In this document: piece by piece, positions 27,771-37,747 of the stretch
How positions within the stretch are numbered: position 1 is the stretch's first letter
How the letters are laid out: each line of letters begins with the position of its first letter
Source of the DNA: a candidate division FCPU426 bacterium
GTDB taxonomy: Bacteria > Oederibacteriota > Muellerivitia > Muellerivitales > Muellerivitaceae
Direction: 5' to 3'
Length of the DNA: 64,000 nucleotides
Assembly (NCBI GenBank): GCA_963847625.1
Contig: CAWKAR010000025.1
Span: 32,001 to 96,000 of the forward strand
Translations under genes and position numbers: made by a program
The notes under the pieces: generated by a model
Seen by the model: only the letters and a program-made list of their open reading frames with translations
Told to the model about the DNA's origin: nothing
Database searches by the model: none

Positions 27771-29240
27771 TTAACTATCCTTTAACGTTGGCTTACGTTT
27801 GTGCCATTCCGTTGCCTGTTCATAGGCGTAAGCGGCCTTGAACAACGTTCCCTCGTCAAAGGGTTTCCCGATCAACTGCAAACCGATGGGCAATTCGCCC
27901 TTGGAAAACCCGCAGGGGATGGATAAACCCGGCAAGCCGGTGATGTTAATCGATACTGTGAAAACGTCCTCCAGGTACATGGTCAGAGGGTTGTCAGTCT
28001 TCTCGCCGAACCGGAAGGCCGGGTTCGGGGCGGTAGGGGTGGCGATGACATCCACCTTCTCGAAAACCCTGTCGTAATCCTGCTTGATGAGCCGCCTTAC
28101 CTTGAGGGCCTTCAGGTAATAGGCGTCGTAATAGCCCGAGGAGAGGGCGTAGGTTCCCAGCATGATGCGGCGCTTGACCTCGGGCCCGAAACCAGCCGCC
28201 CGGGTCTTGGAATACATGTCCACGATGTTCTCGCCCGGCACCCTCAGGCCGTACCGGACCCCGTCGTAGCGGGCCAGGTTTGAGGACGCCTCGGAGGGGG
28301 CCAGGATGTAGTAAACGGCCAGGCCATAGGGCGCGGTCGGAAGGGAAACTTCCACGATCTGGACACCCTGCTTTTCCAGCTCCGCGATGGCTTTCCGTAC
28401 GGCTTCGGCCACTTCCCGATTCAAACCTTCTGAGGAAAAGAATTCCTTCGGCACGCCGATCTTCATGCCCTTAATGGATTTTTTGGCTTCCGAGACATAG
28501 TCTTGAACAGGAACATTGGCCGAGGTGGAATCCCTGGGGTCGTAACCCGCGATGGTGCCCAACATTAGCGCGCAATCCTCCACGTCCTTTCCAAAGGGGC
28601 CGACCTGGTCGAGAGAGGAGGCGAAGGCGATCAACCCATAGCGGGAAACCCGGCCGTAAGTGGGTTTAAGCCCCACGATTCCGCAAAGGGAAGCGGGTTG
28701 CCGGATGGAACCGCCAGTATCCGATCCCAGCGACGCGAAAGCCTGGTCCGCGGCGACGCAGGCGGCGGAACCTCCGGAGGAACCGCCTGAAACGCAATTC
28801 AAATTCCATGGATTCCGGGTTTTTTTGAAGTAGGACGACTCGGTGGAGGACCCCATGGCGAATTCGTCCATGTTGGTCTTCCCCACCGAAACCGCGCCCG
28901 CTGTAAAAAGCTTCTCGACCACCGTGGCGTTATAGGGGGGTACGAAATTCTCGAGCATTTTGGAGGCGCAGGTGGTTCGGATGCCCTTGGTGCAAAGCAG
29001 GTCCTTGATGGCGATAGGCACGCCCGTCAGGGGGGTCAGGTCCCGACCGGAGGCCAGGCGCTGATCCGCCTCGGCGGCCTGTTTCATGGCCTCATCCCGG
29101 GTTACGGTGATGAAGGCTTGGATCTTGGGCTCCACCTTTTCCAGGTGGCCCATAACGGCCTTGGTCAACTCGGCCGAGGATATCTTTTTGGCCCTCAGGT
29201 CCGCTGAAATTTCATGAAGTGTTTTTTGGTAAAGTTCCAT
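27771..29240 (-). CDS. gatA: Asp/Glu-tRNA amidotransferase subunit A
   Basis: Amidase signature [56 protein letters not shown]. Confidence 0.98.
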   Translation of the reverse strand: MELYQKTLHEISADLRAKKISSAELTKAVMGHLEKVEPKIQAFITVTRDEAMKQAAEADQRLASGRDLTPLTGVPIAIKDLLCTKGIRTTCASKMLENFVPPYNATVVEKLFTAGAVSVGKTNMDEFAMGSSTESSYFKKTRNPWNLNCVSGGSSGGSAACVAADQAFASLGSDTGGSIRQPASLCGIVGLKPTYGRVSRYGLIAFASSLDQVGPFGKDVEDCALMLGTIAGYDPRDSTSANVPVQDYVSEAKKSIKGMKIGVPKEFFSSEGLNREVAEAVRKAIAELEKQGVQIVEVSLPTAPYGLAVYYILAPSEASSNLARYDGVRYGLRVPGENIVDMYSKTRAAGFGPEVKRRIMLGTYALSSGYYDAYYLKALKVRRLIKQDYDRVFEKVDVIATPTAPNPAFRFGEKTDNPLTMYLEDVFTVSINITGLPGLSIPCGFSKGELPIGLQLIGKPFDEGTLFKAAYAYEQATEWHKRKPTLKDS

Positions 29241-29289
29241 TTGCAACCTTTAAACCAGAAAGTTACTCAAATTTAAAAGACCATAAAAA

Positions 29290-29367
29290 TCATTTCAGTA
29301 AAACAGTTGGGGCAACAATCAAAATATATTCAGTCATAGCCTGGCCATTATTCCTTTTTTTAAAATC
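29290..29367 (-). pseudogene. Remnant of a Flp/Tad-type prepilin N-terminus
   Basis: Minus-strand translation DFKKRNNGQAMTEYILIVAPTVLLK* carries the class III signal motif G|QxxxEY but has no start codon upstream of the motif. Confidence 0.4.
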
Positions 29368-29370
29368 TTA

Positions 29371-29501
29371 TGTCATTGCGAGCTACGAACTTTGTAGCGA
29401 AGCAACCCAAGTTCATGGGTTGTTTTGCCTTTTAATTTTTTAAACTGAGGTTGCTTCGTCATTAACGCCCACCTATTCGGTGTGCATTCCTCGCAATGAC
29501 A
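29371..29501. repeat. REP/RPE-like palindromic element
   Basis: Perfect 12-bp ends TGTCATTGCGAG ... CTCGCAATGACA with internal CGAAGCAACC / GGTTGCTTCG stem. Confidence 0.85.
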
Positions 29502-29506
29502 ACCAA

Positions 29507-29791
29507 TCACATTATTTTTGGCACTTTAAAATGCCCTGCTTGGACTTCCGGCCCGTTGGACAGCACTTCCGCCTGGGTCAGGGACGGTTTCACTTCGTCC
29601 GGGCGGAACACGTTTTTTAAATCCAGCACATGGGCCATGGGCTCCACGTTCGAGGTGTCGAGTTTGTTCAACTGTTCGATGTAGTTGAGGATATTCCCGA
29701 GTTGCTGGGTGTACTTGGCCGTTTCCGCCTCGGTCACTTCCAGGCGGGACAATTTCGCCACGTATTGGACGTCTTTCTCGGATAAGGACAC
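29507..29791 (-). CDS. gatC: Asp/Glu-tRNA amidotransferase subunit C
   Basis: DVQYVAKLSRLE...ILNYIEQLNKLDT.NVEP...FKVPKI; upstream of gatA. Confidence 0.96.
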   Translation of the reverse strand: MSLSEKDVQYVAKLSRLEVTEAETAKYTQQLGNILNYIEQLNKLDTSNVEPMAHVLDLKNVFRPDEVKPSLTQAEVLSNGPEVQAGHFKVPKIM

Positions 29792-29949
29792 GTTACTCTC
29801 CTGTTCGTTTAAGGACGCTTATCTTCCCAAAAAGTGAAATACTTTTCCAGCGAAGAGTGCTGGCAAAACAAAAGGAAACCCCAATTTCCAGGTTTAAATC
29901 GAAACCACGGGCTTGCTTCATTTGGAATCACACCTGTCCAAAATAAATC

Positions 29950-30202
29950 TAGCCACGGATGCATGGGATTCATGGGATTTAATAAACATGAATATTTAAA
30001 GCCTTTTTTCTTTGGCCAATCTGAGTGCATGCCGAACCTCATTAAAGCTTTCAATGAAAGTTCGGTATAGTACCGATTTCCTTAATTGTTTTATTGTGAA
30101 TCGGCACATCCCCTGAATCTGTGCCGATCATCCATAAAAATTATTGGAGATCGGTACGATACCACCTTCCCTATAATCTTTTTTGAAAGGTGGCATGTGG
30201 CA
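29950..30202. repeat. Dispersed palindromic repeat (paralog of 47441-47537) interrupted by two mini-insertions
   Basis: TAGCCACGGATGCATGGGAT...AATATTTAAAGCCTTTTT..; aligns with the 47.4-kb copy once 30030-30106 and 30122-30195 are removed. Confidence 0.85.
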
Positions 30203-30311
30203 AAAGACTAGGTTTTGCTTAACGCCTTTCAGACTAAAGAATTCCTGATTTTATTTATCTTTGTTCATTGGATTTTGTTTTATTTGGACAATAATGATTT
30301 GGAATCAAACT

Positions 30312-32513
30312 TTATTCGATTTTTTCGAGGTTCGCCAATTTGGCCAACAGCAGTTTTTTGCCGTGGTTGGGGAAGGACACCGTCACCTTCAGGTTCTCCC
30401 CCGAACCAGACAGGGAAATGACCATGCCCCTCCCGAATTTCTTGTGCTTGACCGTGTCCCCCAGGGCGTAAGGCGACACCGGCGGTTCGTCGTCCCACTC
30501 GGGGTCCCTCAACTCGTCGAATTCCTTCTTGGTGCCTGCCACTTCGTACATCCCGCCCTGGGTGGCCACGATCTGGGCGGCCTTTCCGGTGACCTGGATC
30601 ATGTCCTTGGGGATTTCGGAAAGGAACCGCGAGGGCGCCCGCCAATGGGCCGTTCCGTAAACGTAACGGCAGGCGGCCCCGGTCAGGTAGAGGATGTCCA
30701 TGGCCCGGGTCATCCCCACGTAGCAAAGACGCCTCTCTTCCTGGACCTCGTTATCTTCCTCCATGGAATTATTGTGGGGAAACAAGCCCTCTTCCATGCC
30801 GGTGATGAAGACGATGGGAAATTCCAGCCCTTTGGCGTTATGCATGGTCATGAGGGTCACGCAATTCGTCTTGTCCTCCAACTTGTCCACGTCGTTCACC
30901 AGGGACACCTGGTCCAGGTAACCCACCAGGGTGGGTTTTTCGGCGGATTTCTCGTAGTCCACGACCGAGTTCACCAATTCCTTGAGGTTCTCCGCCCGCA
31001 TCTTGGATTCCAGGGTATCGTCCGCCGCCAGGTCCGTCAGGTACCCGGATTTCTCCAGGACCATTTTCACGAATGCAGAGGGCTTGACCTGGTCCCTTTC
31101 GGCGATCAAGGCATCCATCATCGCCACGAAGTTGCCCAGGGCCTGCGTGGCCTTCTTGGGAAATTCCCCGCCCGCAGCGGCCTGCCGGGCTGCCTCCAGC
31201 AGGGTGATGTCCTGCCGCTTGGCGTTCTCCTCCAGCTTGGTCACGGTCCCTCCCCCGATGCCCCGGATGGGGACGTTGATCATCCTCCTGAGGGAAACGG
31301 AGTCCTGGGGATTCACCAAAACGTGCAGGTAGGCCAGCATGTCCTTGACTTCCTTGCGGTCGTAGAACTTGAGCCCCCCCACGATCACGTAGGGGATGTT
31401 GTGCCTGCGGCAGGCGTCCTCCAGCACCCGGGACTGGGCGTTGGTGCGGTAAAGAAGGGCCACGTGGCAGTATTTCCGGCCGGGCTGGCCGAGCCGCTCA
31501 TAGAGGGTCTTGACCACGAACTCGGCCTCATCCTTGTCGTCCTCGGCCTGGTAATAAATGGGCAACTCCCCCATTTCCCGGATGGCGAAAAGTTCCTTTT
31601 CCTTGCGCTGGGAGTTGTTGCGGATCACTGCCTGGGCCGCCTGGATGATGGACTTGGTGGAGCGATAGTTTTGCTGGAGCTTGAAGATCCTGGCCCCCGG
31701 GAAATCATGCTCGAATTTTAGGATGTTGCGGATATCCGCCCCCCGCCAGCCGTAAATGGACTGGTCCGGGTCCCCCACCACGCAAAGGTTGTTCAAGGGG
31801 TGGGCGATCATGGAAATCAGCTGGTACTGGGCCGTGTTGATGTCCTGGTACTCGTCCACGGAAATGTACTCGAACCTCTTGCGGTAGCCCTCCAAAACCT
31901 CCGGGTATTTCTGCAAGAGGAGCACCGCGTTGAAAAGGAGGTCGTCGAAATCCATGGCGTTGTTTTCCATGAGCTTGGCCTGGTAGCGGGGATAGATCAA
32001 GGAAACCCGCTCCATGAAAACCCCCGTAGCCATTTCCTCGTATTCCTTTGGGTTCTTCAACTCGTTCTTGGCGGAACTCAGGAAGGAATGCACGGCGTAG
32101 GGGTGGATTTGTTTCTCGTCCCATTTTAAGTCCCAGAGGCATTCCTTGATGAGCGCCTTCTGGTCCGAGTCGTCGTAGATGGTGAACCCGGGCTTGTACC
32201 CCAGCTTGTCCGCGTGGAGCTTCAGGATCTGCAGGCAAAGGCGGTGGAAGGTCCCGATGAAAAGCTCCCAGACCTTCTGGTTCCCCACCATGCCGGCCAC
32301 CCGGTCCCTCATTTCCTGGGCCGCCTTGTTGGTGAAGGTGACCGCCAGGATCCTAAAAGGCGAAACCCTCAGTTCGTCCATCAGCCTAATGACGCGGTAG
32401 GTGACGACGCGGGTCTTTCCGGAGCCGGCGCCTGCCAGGATGAGGGCGGGACCGGCGTTATGGCTGACCGCCTCCTGCTGTTCCTCGTTGAGTTCCTTGA
32501 AATACCGCTTCAA
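30312..32513 (-). CDS. pcrA: ATP-dependent DNA helicase PcrA/UvrD
   Basis: LILAGAGSGKT, TFTNKAA, VDEYQD, VVGDPDQSIYGWRGA, LQQNYRST, QEERRLCYVGMTRA, C-terminal Tudor domain. TTG start after AAAGGA. Confidence 0.95.
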   Translation of the reverse strand: MKRYFKELNEEQQEAVSHNAGPALILAGAGSGKTRVVTYRVIRLMDELRVSPFRILAVTFTNKAAQEMRDRVAGMVGNQKVWELFIGTFHRLCLQILKLHADKLGYKPGFTIYDDSDQKALIKECLWDLKWDEKQIHPYAVHSFLSSAKNELKNPKEYEEMATGVFMERVSLIYPRYQAKLMENNAMDFDDLLFNAVLLLQKYPEVLEGYRKRFEYISVDEYQDINTAQYQLISMIAHPLNNLCVVGDPDQSIYGWRGADIRNILKFEHDFPGARIFKLQQNYRSTKSIIQAAQAVIRNNSQRKEKELFAIREMGELPIYYQAEDDKDEAEFVVKTLYERLGQPGRKYCHVALLYRTNAQSRVLEDACRRHNIPYVIVGGLKFYDRKEVKDMLAYLHVLVNPQDSVSLRRMINVPIRGIGGGTVTKLEENAKRQDITLLEAARQAAAGGEFPKKATQALGNFVAMMDALIAERDQVKPSAFVKMVLEKSGYLTDLAADDTLESKMRAENLKELVNSVVDYEKSAEKPTLVGYLDQVSLVNDVDKLEDKTNCVTLMTMHNAKGLEFPIVFITGMEEGLFPHNNSMEEDNEVQEERRLCYVGMTRAMDILYLTGAACRYVYGTAHWRAPSRFLSEIPKDMIQVTGKAAQIVATQGGMYEVAGTKKEFDELRDPEWDDEPPVSPYALGDTVKHKKFGRGMVISLSGSGENLKVTVSFPNHGKKLLLAKLANLEKIE

Positions 32514-32657
32514 AACGGATCCTTTATGAATGCTTCGATGATAGGCCCAGCGGGGATTCCACCCGCAAGGAGGCAAGGTACCACAATTCACTGTCGTGAA
32601 AGAAACTAAGAAAAAGGAAATATCATCGTTAAGTAAGGCGAATAAAATTCCGGAAAT

Positions 32658-32692
32658 AAAAAAATCCCACGGGGAATGGCGCCGCGGGATTT
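32658..32692 (-). terminator. Putative intrinsic terminator
   Basis: Minus strand AAATCCCGCGG-loop-CCGTGGGATTTTTT downstream of the PilZ gene. Confidence 0.6.
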
Positions 32693-32721
32693 GGATTTTC
32701 GGATAAAACCGGGGGAGATTG

Positions 32722-33084
32722 CTATTCTTTCGTTTTATTTTCGACCAAGGCCCGAATGGCCTTGCGGACTTCTTCCTCCAAAACCATGAATTGGAGTCCG
32801 CACAAACCCTTGGCCGTCCAGACTAGTTTGCTGTAAACATCCAGGCTCTTTTCTTTGAAACTGAGGGTGAGCTTGACGATGGTAGAAGGTTCGTGGATGG
32901 TACCCAACTCTAGTCGGATCCCGCCTTCACTGATATTCAAGGCTTGGATGGTTTGAGGGTTATCGCTGACTTCATAGACATTCCCGGATTTGGACTCAAC
33001 AACATTATGAGCCGTGATTTTCTCGTGAAACTTCACCCTGGGATGTTTTCGTCTTTCCGATTGGCTGGGGTTCAAATTAACCAA
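32722..33084 (-). CDS. PilZ-domain c-di-GMP-binding protein
   Basis: ERRKHPR (RxxxR) and NISEGG (D/NxSxxG) motifs. Confidence 0.9.
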   Translation of the reverse strand: MVNLNPSQSERRKHPRVKFHEKITAHNVVESKSGNVYEVSDNPQTIQALNISEGGIRLELGTIHEPSTIVKLTLSFKEKSLDVYSKLVWTAKGLCGLQFMVLEEEVRKAIRALVENKTKE

Positions 33085-33223
33085 GACAAACTCCCTTTAA
33101 ATAAAGCTTAGTTAAACGGTAAAACAGAGTTGAGGATACTGTCAAGTAAAACATCAAAACGTTTTTAAAAACGCAAAATATTGAATTAATTTGACGAGTC
33201 GTTTATTCAAATGTGTCGGAAGA

Positions 33224-35383
33224 TTATTTTTTAAAAATTTCCAGGTAGGCCGCCTGGGGAACCCAAGAAAAAATGAGATTTTTCCCGTTCCAATGGTAGG
33301 GGACCCTCGTTTTCAAGGGCATGCCACTGTTATCCAGAGCCCGGATTTTCAACCGGCTGTCCTGATTGAACCGATAAAGGACGAACTTGGCTTGGAGGGG
33401 TTCCATCAAAACGGGCTCATGCCCCAAGTTGAGGACTTTGGTCTTCGCTTTGTTATAAACCATCCCGGTATTTTCCACCCGGGTCATCCCGGATAAAAGG
33501 ATATGGTCCGATAAGGAAACCCCCTTGGGTGTCAGGGAAATCATGCAGAGGGAGAGATAAGAGTTTGGGGTTTCCAGCGCCCAACTGGCGTTATTGAATT
33601 TACGGTGGCCCAGGAACCCGACCAGGGCCTGGTATCTGGGCGACTCCACCTTCACCACACCCACGTTTCCCTGCCAGGTAATCTGGCCCGTATCCGAAAT
33701 GAAGGTTTTCAACTGGGGTTGGATCTTGGCTTTCAGTCCGCCGGCAGGATCCGTTGCAAGTTTAGAAACATCGGCGTTAACACCGGTGCGGTGGGCCAGA
33801 GCCTTTAAAACCGATGAAAGGTCCGTCACGGGCATGGTCTTGGAATCGGTCAGAACATAGACTTTTCCTTCCTTCAAATCGCCCCGCAAAAAGGCCAATG
33901 ACGCCAGGGACCACTGGGTCCAAAGTTGGGGCTTCGTGATGGGATTCCAATCTGCGGCCATGTTCCCGGAGGAAGCATCCGCCACATCCCCTCCCGCGCA
34001 GGCGTTCCACCCCTGGAAAATGGAATAAGCGGAATGGATCAGGGACGAGCCGGAGAGATATTCATTGGGCCAAGAAAAATTCCAAAGGGCTCCATAGGGT
34101 TTTCCAAACTGTCTTTGACGGACCAACTCAAGGATTTGACTTACCTCGGGTTTCGTCACCATCGGGGAATTATCCATCCGGATCGCCGATCCCTCCGAAG
34201 TGGATATTGACTTACTCATTCCTTTTCCAATAACCATCAAACTCTCGGGAACCAGGGCCGGATCGGAAATTGGATTTCCGTTAGCGGGTGAGGGTTCAGC
34301 TGCAACCGGTGACACTCGGTGTAACGTGAGATATATTCCTTTTGATTTAAATATGCCTAATAAGGTATTTAAGGCACTACTTTCAATCGGGGTGGGAGTG
34401 GCAGGCCAATCCAAGATCACCCAATTACAGCCGGCTGCCGCCAGCCGAATAGCCAATCCGGAAAGTTGAGCCTCGTTCAGCGAACTCCAGGAGGATGCCA
34501 ATCCTACTCCCCAAAACCTCGCCGGAGTGCCATCGGCGAAAACCAGTTCCCCGCCTTGCGCTTGAACGGCTCCATGCTTTCCAGCCGGGGCGTCCAAGAG
34601 GAAACTCATGTCGAGGGCGGAACCGGCGGGAAGTTCCGTGGCGGGAGACAAAGCGATCCAGCCATCCGTATCGGTTTGAAAGGTTTTTTCGGGTTTCGGC
34701 GAATCCGGGGATACTGGGGCGATCTCATCCGAAGCCGTGATAGCCAACAGAATCGGCACCGGCATCCTCGAAAGGGACTTGAATAGGATGGATTGGATGG
34801 GGACATCCGGCCGAGGGTTCATCCAGGGGAAAAGATTCACGCCCATTTCGGCATTTCGGTACTTGTGCCACCATGCCAGGAAGCTTTTGGGGGTGTCGTC
34901 GGCTCCCCAAAAATTCGTCAATTCCATTCCCACCCTCATCGGTATAGTCACGGACAGGCCATCCTGGTAAAGAATGTCATACTCCGCCGCCACCACATCC
35001 GAAGCCGTCCCGCCCCACCGGCAAGTTTGGAGGAAAAACAGTTCTTTGGCCTTGAGGTTGCCAGCCGGGAGGAGGACTCCCTCGGGAAAGGATGGTTTTT
35101 TCCGTCCCTTCAGTACCACGAAGGAACGGCCATTGTTCTTGGCGGGGTCGAGGATTTCAAAGGGGATGCCCCGGAAGGTTTGGGGACCCGCCGGCAAGTC
35201 CTTCAAGGCGTTCTTTTCAGCGGTGGTCGGAAAGCCCGGGACAGCCTCGTCAAAGGATTCGTCCGGTCCCATGTTGGCGTTTTTGGAGAGGTCCAAAAAA
35301 CGAAAACCGGCTTCCAGGGGCCCTGCCGCCGCCCAGGACCAAAACAAAGCCAGCAAGACTTTGAATAACGGCGCTCGGGTCAT
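33224..35383 (-). CDS. Secreted glycoside-hydrolase-like/carbohydrate-binding protein
   Basis: Signal peptide; LDMSFLLDAPAGKHG...FADGTPARFWGV and FISDTGQITW motifs recalled from GH5-like multidomain proteins; no clear catalytic NE(P) motif. Confidence 0.6.
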   Translation of the reverse strand: MTRAPLFKVLLALFWSWAAAGPLEAGFRFLDLSKNANMGPDESFDEAVPGFPTTAEKNALKDLPAGPQTFRGIPFEILDPAKNNGRSFVVLKGRKKPSFPEGVLLPAGNLKAKELFFLQTCRWGGTASDVVAAEYDILYQDGLSVTIPMRVGMELTNFWGADDTPKSFLAWWHKYRNAEMGVNLFPWMNPRPDVPIQSILFKSLSRMPVPILLAITASDEIAPVSPDSPKPEKTFQTDTDGWIALSPATELPAGSALDMSFLLDAPAGKHGAVQAQGGELVFADGTPARFWGVGLASSWSSLNEAQLSGLAIRLAAAGCNWVILDWPATPTPIESSALNTLLGIFKSKGIYLTLHRVSPVAAEPSPANGNPISDPALVPESLMVIGKGMSKSISTSEGSAIRMDNSPMVTKPEVSQILELVRQRQFGKPYGALWNFSWPNEYLSGSSLIHSAYSIFQGWNACAGGDVADASSGNMAADWNPITKPQLWTQWSLASLAFLRGDLKEGKVYVLTDSKTMPVTDLSSVLKALAHRTGVNADVSKLATDPAGGLKAKIQPQLKTFISDTGQITWQGNVGVVKVESPRYQALVGFLGHRKFNNASWALETPNSYLSLCMISLTPKGVSLSDHILLSGMTRVENTGMVYNKAKTKVLNLGHEPVLMEPLQAKFVLYRFNQDSRLKIRALDNSGMPLKTRVPYHWNGKNLIFSWVPQAAYLEIFKK

Positions 35384-35387
35384 AGGG

Positions 35388-36110
35388 CTAGAATTGTTTT
35401 TTAAAACGGTAGAATTCGGTCACGACCTTTACGGCTTCTTTGGGCGTTTCCACCAAGTGGAAAATTTCAAGGTCTTCCGGGTTAATGAATTTTTTCTTCT
35501 GCAGAACGACATCCTTGATCCACTGGATGGCGCCCCCCCAAAATTCCCGGCCCACCAGGATGATCGGGAAGGGGTCGATTTTATGGGTCTGGACCAGCGT
35601 CAGGGTCTCGAAGAGCTCGTCCATGGTTCCGAACCCGCCGGGCAACACCACCACCGCCGAGGTGTAGCGCAGGAACATGACCTTACGGATAAAGAAATAA
35701 TGGAAGTTGATGGGCAGGTTGACGTAGGGATTGGCTTTCTGCTCGAAGGGCAATTCGATGTTGCACCCCACCGATTTGCCCCCCGCCTCAAGGGCGCCAC
35801 GGTTGGCGGCTTCCATGATTCCCGGCCCCCCCCCGGTGATGACGGTGAAACCCTTCTTGGAAAGCCCGCCGGAGATTTCCCGGGCGAGTTCGTACTCCCG
35901 GGATCCCCGCGTGGCCCGGGCCGAGCCGAATACCGTGATGGCGGGCCGGACTCCCCGCAGGTTCTCGAATCCCTCGAAAAATTCCGACATGATCCTGAAC
36001 ATCCGCCAAGCGTCCTGCTCCTTGAATTCGTTGGCAATTTGAGGATTCTCCCCTGCGGGGTAAATTCTTTGGATAACCTTAGGGGGTTTTTTTGCGATCT
36101 TCTTCGGCAT
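35388..36110 (-). CDS. LOG family protein (TIGR00730-like nucleoside monophosphate phosphoribohydrolase)
   Basis: FGSAR, TGGGPGIMEAANRGA, FFIRKVMF, PGGFGTMDE. Confidence 0.92.
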   Translation of the reverse strand: MPKKIAKKPPKVIQRIYPAGENPQIANEFKEQDAWRMFRIMSEFFEGFENLRGVRPAITVFGSARATRGSREYELAREISGGLSKKGFTVITGGGPGIMEAANRGALEAGGKSVGCNIELPFEQKANPYVNLPINFHYFFIRKVMFLRYTSAVVVLPGGFGTMDELFETLTLVQTHKIDPFPIILVGREFWGGAIQWIKDVVLQKKKFINPEDLEIFHLVETPKEAVKVVTEFYRFKKQF

Positions 36111-36132
36111 GGTTCAACCTCCCAATATGGAC

Positions 36133-36570
36133 TTAATGGATTACGGCTTCCGGCCGGTCCATGCAGGCGTCCTGGATTCTTCCGGCATGGTCGGTGATCA
36201 TCTTAGGCAGGCTTCTTACGTTGAAATAGCGTATCTCGCTGGTCTCTTCGCTGGGGATGATTTTACCCCCCGTCACCCTGCAAAGAAATGAGATCCGAAC
36301 CGTGTGCCATTCAAGGCCTTGATGGATATGGAGCGAATTCCGGGTATCGGAGTAGACCCCCACGAGTCTCACCACTTCAGCTTCTAAACCGGTCTCCTCC
36401 CGCAGTTCCCTCAAGCAGGCCTCAGACAAGGTTTCCCCAAGGTCCACATGCCCACCTGGGATACACCAAAGCCCATTATCCGTTCTTTTGGCCAAAAGCA
36501 CTTCGTTTTTCTCGTTGAACACCAGGGCGTTCACCGCGATTTTGGGCGTGGTGAGGGATTGATGGGCCAT
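36133..36570 (-). CDS. NUDIX hydrolase
   Basis: Nudix box GGHVDLGETLSEACLRELREETG. Confidence 0.92.
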   Translation of the reverse strand: MAHQSLTTPKIAVNALVFNEKNEVLLAKRTDNGLWCIPGGHVDLGETLSEACLRELREETGLEAEVVRLVGVYSDTRNSLHIHQGLEWHTVRISFLCRVTGGKIIPSEETSEIRYFNVRSLPKMITDHAGRIQDACMDRPEAVIH

Positions 36571-36628
36571 CCGCGGCTCCGGATTTCGGGGTTATTGAGC
36601 ACCAACCGTTGATAAAGGTCCTTAAAAT

Positions 36629-36659
36629 AAAAAATCCCGCGTCTTATCAGACGCGGGAT
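36629..36659 (-). terminator. Intrinsic terminator of rplM-rpsI
   Basis: Minus strand ATCCCGCGTCT-gata-AGACGCGGGAT followed by a T run. Confidence 0.8.
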
Positions 36660-36745
36660 AGTAAGTCAGTTCGATTCGGCCCCGATGGATAACCTCCGGC
36701 AAAGGGACCTGCTCCCGGCCGGCGGACAAGCCGGCCCAGGGAAAA

Positions 36746-37141
36746 TCAACGTTTCGAGAACTGGAAGCGTTTACGGGCCTTTTTCCGGCCGTACTTTTTC
36801 CGCTCCACCATGCGCGAGTCCCGGGTCAGGAAACCGGCCGCCTTCAGGGGATGACGCATCTCGGGATCCACTTTCACCAGGGCCCTGGCGATGCTGTGCC
36901 TGAGCGCCTCGGCCTGGCCGGTGACGCCCCCGCCATGGATATTAGCGGTGATATCGTATTTGTTCAACGCCGACACGACTTCCAACGGGGCCTTGGCTAT
37001 TACAATTTTCATTTCAGGAAAAAATTTCTCCAAAGGCTTCCCGTTCACCACAAACTGCCCTTTTCCCGGCCGGAGAATCACTCTCGAAACGGAAGTTTTC
37101 CGGCGGCCGGTGGCGGCGAATTGTTCTTTCGTTCCGGGCAT
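36746..37141 (-). CDS. rpsI: 30S ribosomal protein S9
   Basis: [43 protein letters not shown]. Confidence 0.98.
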   Translation of the reverse strand: MPGTKEQFAATGRRKTSVSRVILRPGKGQFVVNGKPLEKFFPEMKIVIAKAPLEVVSALNKYDITANIHGGGVTGQAEALRHSIARALVKVDPEMRHPLKAAGFLTRDSRMVERKKYGRKKARKRFQFSKR

Positions 37142-37599
37142 TATTCCCCTCCCCGTTTGGCGTTATAAACCAGCTCCAAGGGTTGGGGCCGCTGGGCGGC
37201 ATGTTTATGGGTTTCCCCTTTATAGATATTCACTCGGCTGAACATCTTTTCCCCCTGGGATGTCTTGGGAAGCATTCCGCGGATGGCATACTCCAATATG
37301 CGCTCAGGTTTTGAGTGGCGGAGGAATTTATATGGTTCGGTGGAAAGCCCCCCCGGACGTCCGGAGGTGCGGTGATGGGCCTTGGTTTCCCACTTTTTAC
37401 CGGTTAACACAATTTTTTCGGCGTTGATGATGACCACATGATCCCCGTTTTCCACGTGGGGAGTGAAAGTGGGCTTGTGCTTGCCCCTCAGGATGGCTGC
37501 GACCTGGGATGTCAAACGGCCCAGGACTTGGTCCTTGGCGTCCACAAGCCACCACTTGCGTTGGATGTCCTTGGTTGTCGGCAAATAAGTCTTTTGCAT
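37141..37599 (-). CDS. rplM: 50S ribosomal protein L13
   Basis: WWLVDA...LGRL...[12 protein letters not shown]...[14 protein letters not shown]. Confidence 0.98.
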   Translation of the reverse strand: MQKTYLPTTKDIQRKWWLVDAKDQVLGRLTSQVAAILRGKHKPTFTPHVENGDHVVIINAEKIVLTGKKWETKAHHRTSGRPGGLSTEPYKFLRHSKPERILEYAIRGMLPKTSQGEKMFSRVNIYKGETHKHAAQRPQPLELVYNAKRGGE

Positions 37600-37747
37600 G
37601 AATAGGGCCAAATCCTTTTATAAGCGCCCCTATCAAAATAGGGGCTTTTCTCAACAAGGGGTTGAATTATAAGGTTTTTCAAAGACGTGTCAAGAACTCT
37701 AAAAGTCAGGAAATGCCAGGTGTTATTCCATTTTGCCTAAAGGATTT

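Noticed and set aside
30030..30195. Mini-elements as derivatives of the resident IS30
   Set aside because: Only a short GCCGA similarity to the IS end, and the duplication length differs (2 bp vs 3 bp), so the link is unsupported.
30261..31721. Long antisense ORFs (also 7357-8178, 34974-36197, 58794-59783, 62815-63735)
   Set aside because: These are shadow ORFs opposite well-supported high-GC genes, with no motifs of their own.
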